Below, piece after piece: positions 20,345-30,005 of a stretch of 64,000 bases of DNA. Position 1 is the stretch's first letter. Each line of letters starts with the position of its first letter. Made by a program: the position numbers and the translations under genes. The DNA lies in assembly GCA_002841435.1 (NCBI GenBank), contig PGZS01000001.1, forward strand, positions 5,328 through 69,327, given 5' to 3'. The DNA comes from Firmicutes bacterium HGW-Firmicutes-3 (GTDB lineage Bacteria > Bacillota > Clostridia > Lachnospirales > Vallitaleaceae). The notes below the pieces were generated by a model, which made no database searches, was not told where the DNA came from, and worked only from the letters and a program-made list of their open reading frames with translations.

Positions 20345-21211
20345 TCATGCTAATATATATCGGCTGAATTCAAGAGCTTGACGCGCTCTATCATCAAGCG
20401 CTTGCTCCGATGCTCCGTCACTTAAATCACGCCATACTTTAATGTCAGTTCCAACTTTTCCACCCATTTTTTCAAATGGTTCCATTACAACAGCATTGTC
20501 ATATCCAATATCATTAAGTGCTTCGTGAATTTCAGCCCAGGGTAAATGTCCTTTTCCAGGTACTTTTCGGTTTGACTCACCGATATGCATATGACCTAGA
20601 TATTTTCCAGCTGTTCTTATAGCTCCGCCAATTGAATCTTCTTCTATATTCATGTGGAATGTGTCTAATAGCACTTTAACATTAGGTGCATCTACTTCTT
20701 GAACAAACTTTACTCCTTCTTCCGCAGTATTCAATAAATATGTCTCAAACCTATTCATAACTTCTATACAAAGAGTTATGCCCTTCTCTTCTGCAATTTT
20801 AGCAATTTCTCTTATCCCTTCGACCCCTCTATTCCAATCCCCAGTCTTATCGACATCAACATCATAGTTTACTGGCCAATAGGTATTTAATGCTCCCCCA
20901 ATAAGATGCACATCCATCTTTTCAAGTTTATCAAACAACGTTTCATAGAATTCTATACCTTTTTTCCTAATACTAACATCTGTAGAAGACAGATTATGTT
21001 CTTTACTTGGGCCATGCCCAACGGTAAGTGTAATGCCATTTTCCCGAGCACAATTTTTAATCTCTTCTATTTGATCATCACTATAATCAACAATGGGTGT
21101 CGCTGCTATTTCGAGTATATCGTATCCAAGTTTTGCAACTTTCTTAATATAATATTTATAATCAGCTTGCCATTCTTTTTCCCAATAAGCATAATATATA
21201 CCAAATTTCAT
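20345..21211 (-). CDS. dpe: D-psicose (D-allulose)/D-tagatose 3-epimerase
   Basis: N-terminus MKFGIYYAYWEKEWQADYKYYI is typical of clostridial DPEases. Metal/catalytic residues are in EVMNRFE, LDTFHMNIEE, HIGESNRKVPG and VMEPF. Confidence 0.9.
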   Translation of the reverse strand: MKFGIYYAYWEKEWQADYKYYIKKVAKLGYDILEIAATPIVDYSDDQIEEIKNCARENGITLTVGHGPSKEHNLSSTDVSIRKKGIEFYETLFDKLEKMDVHLIGGALNTYWPVNYDVDVDKTGDWNRGVEGIREIAKIAEEKGITLCIEVMNRFETYLLNTAEEGVKFVQEVDAPNVKVLLDTFHMNIEEDSIGGAIRTAGKYLGHMHIGESNRKVPGKGHLPWAEIHEALNDIGYDNAVVMEPFEKMGGKVGTDIKVWRDLSDGASEQALDDRARQALEFSRYILA

Positions 21212-21261
21212 TATCTACACTCCTATTCATTCATTAAATATATGTATTTTTAATAATTCGT

Positions 21262-22305
21262 TTATTGATTTCTTGCATTTTCACGTAAGTATTTGTTTCT
21301 CAAATTAGTTGCAAATCGTCGATAAATTATAATTAGTACAAGCAATACGCCCCACATAGTTAATGCAACAAACTGACTTATACCTAGTGCATTTATTCCG
21401 CTATTCAGTATTTGAAGGGTAAACAAAGCTAATATTACACCTCCAACTCTAACATAACCACCTTCAGGATTTGTTCCTCCAAGTACCGCTATAAGAACAC
21501 TCAACAATACGTAGCTCGTTCCAAAACGTGCATTTGCAGAGTTTATTCTGGAAATCATAATAACAGAAGCGATTCCTGACATCAGACCACTAAGCATATA
21601 TGTATATAGAATTGTTTTCTTAACATTTATACCAGAGTATTCTACTGCCTCAGCATTTGAACCAATCATAACTTGATATTTGCCAACAGGTGTTCGCTGT
21701 ATAATAATCAATATTATTACAACAAATATAGCAAAAATAATGAATGGTAAAGGAATACCTAAGATAGAACCATTACCAATTTTCAAAAACATATTCGGCA
21801 ACCCAGATATTCCTTTTCCTTTTGTTATGGAAAGGGAAAATCCTTCATATAAAATCATTGTACTTAACGTTGCCAAAACCGGACTTATTTTAATGTAGCC
21901 GACAAGAATACCATTTAGTAAACCTAATATCATAGCAATGACCAATCCGACAACGATTGCAATGACAACGATAAAAAATGTATATCCAGAGGTTGAGTTT
22001 TCTGCTACAGCTTTTGTCATAATCAAAGCCATAATAACACCAGAAAAGTTTGCTGTGCTAATTACTGAAAGATCAATACCACCAGTCATCATCGCGAGCA
22101 TCATTGCCATAGAAAACAATCCAAGCTCTGGTATTTGAAATGCCATTGATCGTATGTTTGTAAATGAAAGAAATTCAAAAGAAGTTGCTACTGACATGAA
22201 GGATAGGATGACAACAAGCAATATTGGTAATAGAATTTGATCCAAATTCATCCCGGCGGTTCTTTTTAATTTATCATAATTGATTTTATGCTTCTTCAAA
22301 GTCAA
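21262..22305 (-). CDS. Monosaccharide ABC transporter permease (CUT2/RbsC family)
   Basis: TGGIDLS, GSNxEA..YSGINV and AVLGG motifs; multi-pass TM. Confidence 0.9.
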   Translation of the reverse strand: MTLKKHKINYDKLKRTAGMNLDQILLPILLVVILSFMSVATSFEFLSFTNIRSMAFQIPELGLFSMAMMLAMMTGGIDLSVISTANFSGVIMALIMTKAVAENSTSGYTFFIVVIAIVVGLVIAMILGLLNGILVGYIKISPVLATLSTMILYEGFSLSITKGKGISGLPNMFLKIGNGSILGIPLPFIIFAIFVVIILIIIQRTPVGKYQVMIGSNAEAVEYSGINVKKTILYTYMLSGLMSGIASVIMISRINSANARFGTSYVLLSVLIAVLGGTNPEGGYVRVGGVILALFTLQILNSGINALGISQFVALTMWGVLLVLIIIYRRFATNLRNKYLRENARNQ

Positions 22306-23302
22306 CGCCCCCCGCTTTCTTTTTGTCTAACCTGGTTCTAGTCGCAGTAGTTGCTACACTGGCTACCATTATCAAACCGATAAAAATTTGATGCCAGAAT
22401 GTAGGAACTGCCATTACTGTCAGGCCATTTTTAAGAATAGCTACAAACAGTACACCTAAAACAGTTCCTCTTATGGATCCTGCTCCTCCAGATATACTTG
22501 CTCCACCTAGTACAACCGCGGTCAGTACATCAAATTCCTTACCTATCAATGCGTTAGGTGCTGCTGTCTGTGTGAGCATAGCATGTATGATTGCTGCAAC
22601 CCCTGCTACAAGACCTAGAAATGCATGAACAAAAATGCGAGTACGGTTTACATTGATACCTTGTCTATCAGCTGCTATCGTGTTACCACCAACTGCATAG
22701 ATTTTCCTACCAAGCATTGTATAACGAAGAATTACAAATCCAATTATACATACTAGAATCCATATAACGGTTACGGATGAAAGTCCGATGGTAACCCCAT
22801 CATCGTTGAGAACTTTCAGTACTAATTTTCTTGGAAAACTTGTAAACCATTTTGGGAAACCATACAATTGATTTCCTCCTGAAATAAACTGAATTCCACC
22901 ATAGTATGCATTCAAGGTTGCTATCGTAATAATTATTGCTGGTACTTTAAGCCAATTTATTAAAACGCCATTCAATGCTCCTAATAATCCTCCTACCACG
23001 ATTGGTCCTAGTAAGATAACGGCAATAGGGATATTCTTGTCAGACAACAAAAGGGATGCCATGAGGAACTGGACAACTGTTGCTGTTGCTGTAAATGAGA
23101 TGTCTATACCGTTAGTGATTAGTACAAATAGAAAACCTATTGAACATATCCCAATAAAAGTTGCCCCTCTTAGAATATCAAAGGTGTTCTCAAGTGAAAA
23201 AAAGCTAGGACTAATCAATGACATAACTAAAATCATTAGTATAATTATTATTGTTAGTATGTTTTCATTCTTTTTAAATATCTTCAGAGCAGAAAAATTC
23301 AT
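22286..23302 (-). CDS. Monosaccharide ABC transporter permease (CUT2/RbsC family)
   Basis: GIDISF, YAVGGN and AVVLGGASISGGAG motifs. Confidence 0.9.
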   Translation of the reverse strand: MNFSALKIFKKNENILTIIIILMILVMSLISPSFFSLENTFDILRGATFIGICSIGFLFVLITNGIDISFTATATVVQFLMASLLLSDKNIPIAVILLGPIVVGGLLGALNGVLINWLKVPAIIITIATLNAYYGGIQFISGGNQLYGFPKWFTSFPRKLVLKVLNDDGVTIGLSSVTVIWILVCIIGFVILRYTMLGRKIYAVGGNTIAADRQGINVNRTRIFVHAFLGLVAGVAAIIHAMLTQTAAPNALIGKEFDVLTAVVLGGASISGGAGSIRGTVLGVLFVAILKNGLTVMAVPTFWHQIFIGLIMVASVATTATRTRLDKKKAGGVDFEEA

Positions 23303-23330
23303 GGTATTACTTCCTTTTCATTTAAAGTCA

Positions 23331-24827
23331 TTAAGAGAGATTGTATTTTTCTAGAAGTTCGTCTTCTGTCAGTTCATCAGGTTTAAACTCACATAGAATT
23401 TTACCATCTCTCATAATTAAAATTCTATGGCAATTAGTCTGAACTTCTTGAATTTCGGAAGATATCATGATTATTGACATCCCCAAGTTTGCAAGCACCT
23501 TAATTAAAGTATGTATACTGTTTTTAGCAATTACATCAATACCTATTGTAGGTTCATCGAGTATTAAGATTTTCGGATTAACTTTCAGCCATTTAGCAAG
23601 GACTATTTTTTGCTGATTACCTCCTGACAAAGTCTTAACTGCAGCTTCAGGAAGTGACATTCTTATTTTTAATTCCTCTTTCATTTCATTTAACATTTCA
23701 AGTCTCTTGCCATCTTCAAGCAAACCAGCTTTATTGACATAAGATAACAAGGTTGTGATAGTGATATTATCAATTATTGGTTGATCCATAATCAGTCCAT
23801 GATTCATTCTATCCTCTGGAACGTAACCAATTCCTGCGCTAATGGCCTCTCTATTTGAACGCCACTTGACTTCTTGTTTTTCAAAGATTATCTCGCCCGA
23901 ATCTGGAGGATTCATTCCAAACAATGAAAGTGCAAGTTCCGTTCTTCCTGATCCAAGTAAACCTGTTATGCCTAAAATTTCACCCTTTTTCAATTCAAAT
24001 GAAATGTCTTTATAATTTCTGGCTTTAGTTAGGTTCTTAACATTTAAGATTACATCTGCATCATCTTCCAATGGTTTAGGGTGATTTTTATCTTCTCTTG
24101 TATTTGTCATAAAGTATACCAATTTATCATGATCAAGTTCTTTTGGTGAATAGACTCCAATTTTCAGCCCATCCCTTAAGATGGTAACTTGTTCAGCAAC
24201 TTCAAACACCTCATTTAGTTTATGACTTACAAAAAGTATAGAAATACCTTTTTCTTTTAAACGACTTATTACTCTAAAAAGAGAATTAACTTCACGTTTT
24301 GTCAAAGATGCAGTTGGTTCATCAAGGATTAATAATTTCAACTCCACAGTCAATGCTTTGGCAATTTCTACAAGTTGTTGCTGTGCGATTGACAACTCTT
24401 CAACTTTTTTATGTAGTTGGATATTAACTCCAATCTCGTCTAATGCTTTCCGTGCAATCTTGTCCATATTTTTCCAGTTAACAAATTTAGAATGTTTTTC
24501 TCTGTTGCTTCCAAATGCAATATTTTCAGCTACAGTGAGATTTGGAAATAATGAAAGATCTTGATATATTACCTGGATTCCTTTTTCCATGCTGATTTTT
24601 GAGTTTAAATGATTGCACAACTCCCCATCAATAATTATCTTTGAATCTGGTTCAGGTTTCTCGACTCCTGATAATATTTTTATTAGCGTTGACTTTCCAC
24701 TACCATTCTGACCAACCAGACAATGAGCCTCACCGCGCCTGATTATAAAATCTACACCATTAAGGGCTTGTATGCCCGGATAAAGCTTGTTAATGTTTTT
24801 CATTTCAATGATATTTTTTGTAGGCAT
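23331..24827 (-). CDS. Sugar ABC transporter ATP-binding protein (two fused ABC domains, RbsA type)
   Basis: GQNGSGKST, LILDEPT and LSGGNQQK motifs. Start re-placed to 24827 (GGAGAGG RBS). Confidence 0.92.
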   Translation of the reverse strand: MPTKNIIEMKNINKLYPGIQALNGVDFIIRRGEAHCLVGQNGSGKSTLIKILSGVEKPEPDSKIIIDGELCNHLNSKISMEKGIQVIYQDLSLFPNLTVAENIAFGSNREKHSKFVNWKNMDKIARKALDEIGVNIQLHKKVEELSIAQQQLVEIAKALTVELKLLILDEPTASLTKREVNSLFRVISRLKEKGISILFVSHKLNEVFEVAEQVTILRDGLKIGVYSPKELDHDKLVYFMTNTREDKNHPKPLEDDADVILNVKNLTKARNYKDISFELKKGEILGITGLLGSGRTELALSLFGMNPPDSGEIIFEKQEVKWRSNREAISAGIGYVPEDRMNHGLIMDQPIIDNITITTLLSYVNKAGLLEDGKRLEMLNEMKEELKIRMSLPEAAVKTLSGGNQQKIVLAKWLKVNPKILILDEPTIGIDVIAKNSIHTLIKVLANLGMSIIMISSEIQEVQTNCHRILIMRDGKILCEFKPDELTEDELLEKYNLS

Positions 24828-24867
24828 ACAAACCTCTCCATTCATTTATTCTTATGTGGTTACATTC

Positions 24868-25932
24868 TTAGAATCCAAAAGAATCAATATTCTCAAGTGT
24901 TACTTCAGAGTCTGCGTGAAATGTGATAACTTTTCCATCAGCTACCGTTTCACCGTATATCGGTACTTCTGTTATACTTGAAATATCCATACCATTTTCA
25001 CTTAGAGTTTTTACAACATAGCTTGTAACATAACCAATATTGTAGGGGCTACCAATAATTGCGCTTGTAATACTTCCATCTTCAATAAAAGGTTTTGCTT
25101 GACTAGGAACCGCTGTTCCTACAACTACAAATTTGCCAATAAGATTTTTCTCTTGAATAGCTGTAGCTGCGCCTATCGGTCCATTTGTACCAATATAGAT
25201 CATACCACCTAGATCTTCATGTGCTTTGATCAGCTCTAGTGTTGTATCATGAGCTTGGCTTACATCTTCCGATCCTTCAACTCTACTTGTTACTTCATAC
25301 ATATCAGGATAATTTTCTTTTTGATATGCTATTGCTGCATCTGCACGAGCATTGTGATTTTCAACTGTCAATCCACCAACCATAATTGCATAGCCGCCCT
25401 TTTCTCCCATACCTTTTGCCAAAGCATCCATGTATTGTTGACCAACTCTGTCAATAAATAAGAATTCGATATCAGCATCTGCATTTTCTATTGAAGACGC
25501 TTCTTGTGATATAACCAATATACCGGCTGCTCTTGCTTTTTCAAGAACTGGTTCAAGCACTTGTGTGTCATTTGGTACTACAACAATAACATCAGGTTTT
25601 CTTGCAATGACGTCTTCTAATGCTTTTACTTGCTGTAAAGGATCGGCTTCAGCTGGTCCACTTACTGATATGTTTAACCCACCAAACTCTTTAGCATAAT
25701 CCTTCATTCCTTTTTCCATCGCATTAAACCAAGGAATACCTGTAATTTTTGGCACAAACACAACTTCAAGAATTTTTTCTTCCGTTATTTTAGATGTTGA
25801 TTCTTCCGTCTTCGTCGCTGTTTCTTCGTTACTTTCTGATTTGGATGTACATCCGGATAACCCTAAAATCAATCCTGTAACTAATGTAAAAACAAACCCC
25901 ATAAATACTAATTTCTTCACTACATTTACCAT
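24868..25932 (-). CDS. Sugar ABC substrate-binding lipoprotein (LsrB/RhaS-like class)
   Basis: Lipobox LSGC, VPKITGIPWF and GPAEADPLQQ motifs; periplasmic-binding-protein type I character. Confidence 0.88.
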   Translation of the reverse strand: MVNVVKKLVFMGFVFTLVTGLILGLSGCTSKSESNEETATKTEESTSKITEEKILEVVFVPKITGIPWFNAMEKGMKDYAKEFGGLNISVSGPAEADPLQQVKALEDVIARKPDVIVVVPNDTQVLEPVLEKARAAGILVISQEASSIENADADIEFLFIDRVGQQYMDALAKGMGEKGGYAIMVGGLTVENHNARADAAIAYQKENYPDMYEVTSRVEGSEDVSQAHDTTLELIKAHEDLGGMIYIGTNGPIGAATAIQEKNLIGKFVVVGTAVPSQAKPFIEDGSITSAIIGSPYNIGYVTSYVVKTLSENGMDISSITEVPIYGETVADGKVITFHADSEVTLENIDSFGF

Positions 25933-26119
25933 TTTACTCCTCCTATTAAATTTATTTTGTAATTGTTATCAACTTAATAATAGCACTCACCGCATCTTTT
26001 GTCAATGTCTTTTACTAAAGATACGGCAATATGTTTTTAACATATTTGTTACTTAACCAACTATTATTAAAGAAAGTTAGTGTATAATTATTATAGGTAA
26101 AAGAAAAGCTTAAATATGA

Positions 26120-26825
26120 AAATATACTACAGATGAAATTGAACTACGAATACTGAATGGTAATGAAGGCAGTTAGATAAAAGATCCATATGAGGCAGAT
26201 ACAATATTTCAAGTAGATCGTTTTCATATACATCAAGATATTAAACATAAAATCAAAGATAAGCAAGCACAAAAGCAGACTACAGAATTGTTTGAGTCAG
26301 AAAAGCCAGAGGAAATGTTTGAGTATATACAGATGTATGCAGATAGCGTTGCAAGTAATTAAGAAAACGATAAACGAAATGAAAATGCAATGAGGCTATA
26401 TCAATATTCAGATAATAACAGAGAAGGATTATCCCATATCAGAGCAGAGTTAGAAATCTTCCAGAACCTAAAGAAGGGCTTGTATGTAAAAATATGGGAG
26501 TTCAAGAAAATCAGAACTGTACTACAATTACCATGAGAATGAAAGGTAGACGGACGAGAGGATCTGAATCAAGTGCAAATAATATGGCGAAATTATTGTA
26601 TAGCAAAGAAAATAAGCAGTTAGCTGAAACGATTGAAAGATATACAGACGGGTTAATATTTGCAATAAAAATGGAAGAAGTATTAACGATTTTAAGTGCT
26701 GCAAAGGCACCTAAAAAAGATGGTAAAGGTAATCCTCATATGTAGATGTTATTAATCATCACGTGCCATTAAGAGATACAATGCAGACAGCTTCAAGAAA
26801 AATATTCAAGAGAGTATTTTCATAA
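26120..26825 (+). pseudogene. ISLre2-family (UPF0236) transposase remnant
   Basis: Broken frames RILNGNEGS*IKDP...FQVDRFHI and MGVQENQNCTTITMRMKGR...ANNMAK. Confidence 0.65.
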
Positions 26826-26975
26826 GAAGAAATATGTTGCTAAGGCTTATTTAAAGACCATAAAAAAATAATGATTTATAAGAGCTAAAAAGTCACAAAA
26901 TCTAATATTAATTTTTTGAAATAAAATAGACTGGAACCTTTGCCTATGTGCCTATAAATAGTTGATATTAAATAT

Positions 26976-27005
26976 TTGATAAAACATAATAAGCTATGTT
27001 ATAAT
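26976..27005 (+). promoter_or_regulatory. Candidate sigma-A promoter facing the ROK regulator, now separated from it by IS30
   Basis: TTGATA-18 nt-TATAAT with an extended -10 TG. Confidence 0.4.
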
Positions 27006-27153
27006 ATGTTTAACAAAAGATGTACTCTTAAGTTTTGTCGGATTTTCATATTTATGTATTCAAATCAATTTTACCTTTTTTAACAATATTTATAAGTATA
27101 TTAATCTAAATACCTTATCGTTAAGTTTTAATGGATTTATAATTTAAATAAGG

Positions 27154-28692
27154 TGAATTGAAATCCGAGATACCAGTTTATAAAATCAACTTCCAGTTCA
27201 GCATTTCCCTTGCAAGACTAAATTCTTATAAACTAAGTTACTACTAAAATACTGGAAGTAAGTATTGCAAATAGTTCTATAGCTGTAACTTACCATACCA
27301 AACAGATTGTTTTATGGTCCAATAGCTATTATGCTTTTTTTGAGGTTAATACCACTGAAAAAAAAGTGCACTCTAACCGGAAATCGAATTTAGCTTCCCT
27401 TTTCGCAAGATTAATTTTCACCCCTATACAGTTCGATATCGATTCCGAATGGCGTTTACTATTTTACTTTTTTAGCAACAGAGGTGTTAGATTAATCTCA
27501 TTAGCGGGAATGAGCTTAATAATAAGCTTATCAAGAATTTCCACGCTATTTAGGAAGCTGAACATCTGGTGTGCGGACTGGTTATTCAGCTTTCTTCTGG
27601 TATATGAATTGATATGACTCATCATCAGGGAAGTATCATTCTGATTCAGTTCATCAAAGGATATTCCTTTTGGTAACACACGTCGCATCATTTCATGCGT
27701 CACCTCACACCCACCTTTTTGATCAGAGCGTTGTGGATTGCATTAAAACATACGGGTTCTGCGCTCATTATCCTTGTTAAACTCTATAACAAGAGGATTT
27801 GTAAATTTATTCCTTCTGTCTGCGAGGATGACTTGGAATAAATCAGTAAATGTATCATGACCTAAAAGTTCGTACATCCAATCAAATATTTCTGTTACTG
27901 TTCTGGACGTATTTGTGTCTCGGATAAAATGCTAACATAAGACTGCTGCCTCTAAAGTAGATAGTGAGAAGTACATTTTCACCTTTGCATTCTTCTATAG
28001 AATTCATTTCTACGATAGGGATATAAGGATTTACAGCAATGTAGGACTCGAACTCTTCATGGGTTCGCTCTATATGACATTGATTATCTACTATTACAGG
28101 TTTTTTGCGTGAGCGGGTACGGTATCTAAACTTCCTGGGAAGATCGATGTTGTCAACGGATAAAAGACCTGCATCAATGAATTATTGATAGTCTTTTCAT
28201 CCAACATGATATTGTTAGAATTATTGACACAAATTATGTGTATCGATTGTCCTTGCTTAACCAATGGTGAGTTGATTCCATCGATACGTTTTAGTTCCGC
28301 CGGGGTAATAGCTATTCCTTGGTGGCTCTCAGGACGAATGGACTCGGATTTCTTTTGTGCATTATTAGCATTATAAAGATGACGTTCCAGCTTGCAGCGC
28401 ATGCGGGAATCACAGCTGTTACAGACATAAGGTGGTTTATCCAGTTCTTTTCAAATCTCAGCAAATGAGTCTCCTTCTCTATAGGAGACTTCAATATGGA
28501 CTCTTTCATCAAGAGTCAGATGTGCGTTTTTCGCCATGGTAATTTCTCCTTGGATTTATGCCATCCGGACTCTGTTTCTAAGCCATTAGTATATCAGACC
28601 AGAGCATTTGCAACAGAAAATTCTGGTAGTAACTTTTCAATAATAAGTTCCAGTTTTTGGCTGAATGAATTGGAATTTAACTTTTCAATTCA
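27154..28692 (-). mobile_element. Degraded IS30-family element
   Basis: Terminal IR TGAATTGAAA / TTTCAATTCA. Fragmented transposase runs from ATG 28537 (MAKNAHLTLDER) to 27464 (RRVLPKGISFD...HINSYTR), with stops, frameshifts and a deletion. Confidence 0.75.
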
Positions 28693-28717
28693 GCATAATT
28701 TACATAAAGGAAATAAT

Positions 28718-29917
28718 ATGAAAAAAAATACAACAGCTTTAGTACGGAAAGCGAACAAAGCATTAGTACTTACCACAATTAAAGATAATGAGCCTATAAC
28801 ACTTGAAGATGTTCTAAAAATCACAAATTTAAGTCGTCCCACTGCCCATACTATTATTAAAGAACTTATGGATGATAAATTAGTTTACAAACATGGTTAC
28901 GCTGAATCATCTGGTGGTAGAATGCCAATCCTCTACTGTTTTAATGCAACAGCTCACTATGCAATAGGTGTTGATTTCGAGTTTCCCCCTGTTAGACTTA
29001 TTATTTCCGATTTAAAAGGAAAACTTATACATTCAAAAGGATGGGTCTTTAGTAGAAACGTTTCAAAAGAGAAAGTTATAGATGATTTGTTACATGGCAT
29101 TGAAGAAATAATTATTGATTCAGGTATTTCAAAAGAAAAATTCATAGGTATCGGCGTCGGGTTACCTGGTATTATCGATTATGAAAAAGGTTTATCAAAA
29201 AATATCGAAAGAATAGCCAACTGGCATAATGTGAATATCAAAGAAATTCTACAAAAAAGATTAGAACTACCTGTATATATTAGAAATGATGTACACTTAT
29301 TAGGATTGATAGAAAAGGAATTATACCAAGGTGTTAACATGTCAAACTTTATATATATAGGTATAAGAGCCGGAACTGGTATGGCTATATTCATCAATGA
29401 TACTTTTTTTAAAGGAATGATGGGTAACGCAGGATTTCTTGGTCATACTATCGTTGAATCTGAAGGTCCTAATTGCACATGTGGAAATAAAGGCTGTTTA
29501 GAAACATATACTAGTGAGCTTGCAATAGTACGTAGATATTTAGAAGCTGCAAATCTTGGATTTTCTGAAGAAAATGATAATTTATCAGTGTCGGATATAA
29601 TCGAAAAAGCTAATGAAAACGATCCGCTTGCAATTGAAATTTTAGAGAGTTCAGGACAATATCTAGGAATAGCAATTTCAAATTTAATCAAAATTCTCGA
29701 AATTCCTACTGTCATAATAGGTGGCCTTGTTGATACAAAAAAACAAATTTTTCTTAACAGTGTTATTCAAGAAGCTAATAAAAATTTACTAAACTATTCT
29801 ATTGATACTCCATTCATTATAAAAGGTTCACTTACTCATGAAAGTTTTGCTTTAGGAGGATGCTTATTGGTCATAGATAATTTCAATAAAGCACCTTTCC
29901 TTCGTGTACATATATAG
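28718..29917 (+). CDS. ROK-family transcriptional repressor (XylR/NagC type)
   Basis: N-terminal wHTH (TNLSRPTA...SSGGR), YIRNDV and GFLGH...GPNCTCGNKGCLE. True start is ATG 28718 (AAAGGA RBS); the track's extension to 28496 lies inside IS30. Confidence 0.9.
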   Translation: MKKNTTALVRKANKALVLTTIKDNEPITLEDVLKITNLSRPTAHTIIKELMDDKLVYKHGYAESSGGRMPILYCFNATAHYAIGVDFEFPPVRLIISDLKGKLIHSKGWVFSRNVSKEKVIDDLLHGIEEIIIDSGISKEKFIGIGVGLPGIIDYEKGLSKNIERIANWHNVNIKEILQKRLELPVYIRNDVHLLGLIEKELYQGVNMSNFIYIGIRAGTGMAIFINDTFFKGMMGNAGFLGHTIVESEGPNCTCGNKGCLETYTSELAIVRRYLEAANLGFSEENDNLSVSDIIEKANENDPLAIEILESSGQYLGIAISNLIKILEIPTVIIGGLVDTKKQIFLNSVIQEANKNLLNYSIDTPFIIKGSLTHESFALGGCLLVIDNFNKAPFLRVHI

Positions 29918-30005
29918 AATCATTGTTTATGTTATAGATAAATAATGACACAGTTATTTACACTCGTTACTTAATGAAAAACTGTTTATTAAAGGAGTAG
30001 CTTAT

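Noticed and set aside
25960-26062. GTTACTTAA-like motif shared with the fucI upstream region as a ROK operator
   Set aside because: Short, AT-rich and only weakly palindromic; cannot be separated from chance by eye.
28496-28717. N-terminal extension of the ROK regulator in the ORF track
   Set aside because: It lies in the IS30 end and overlaps the transposase start on the opposite strand; ATG 28718 has an RBS and gives a normal ~400-aa ROK repressor.
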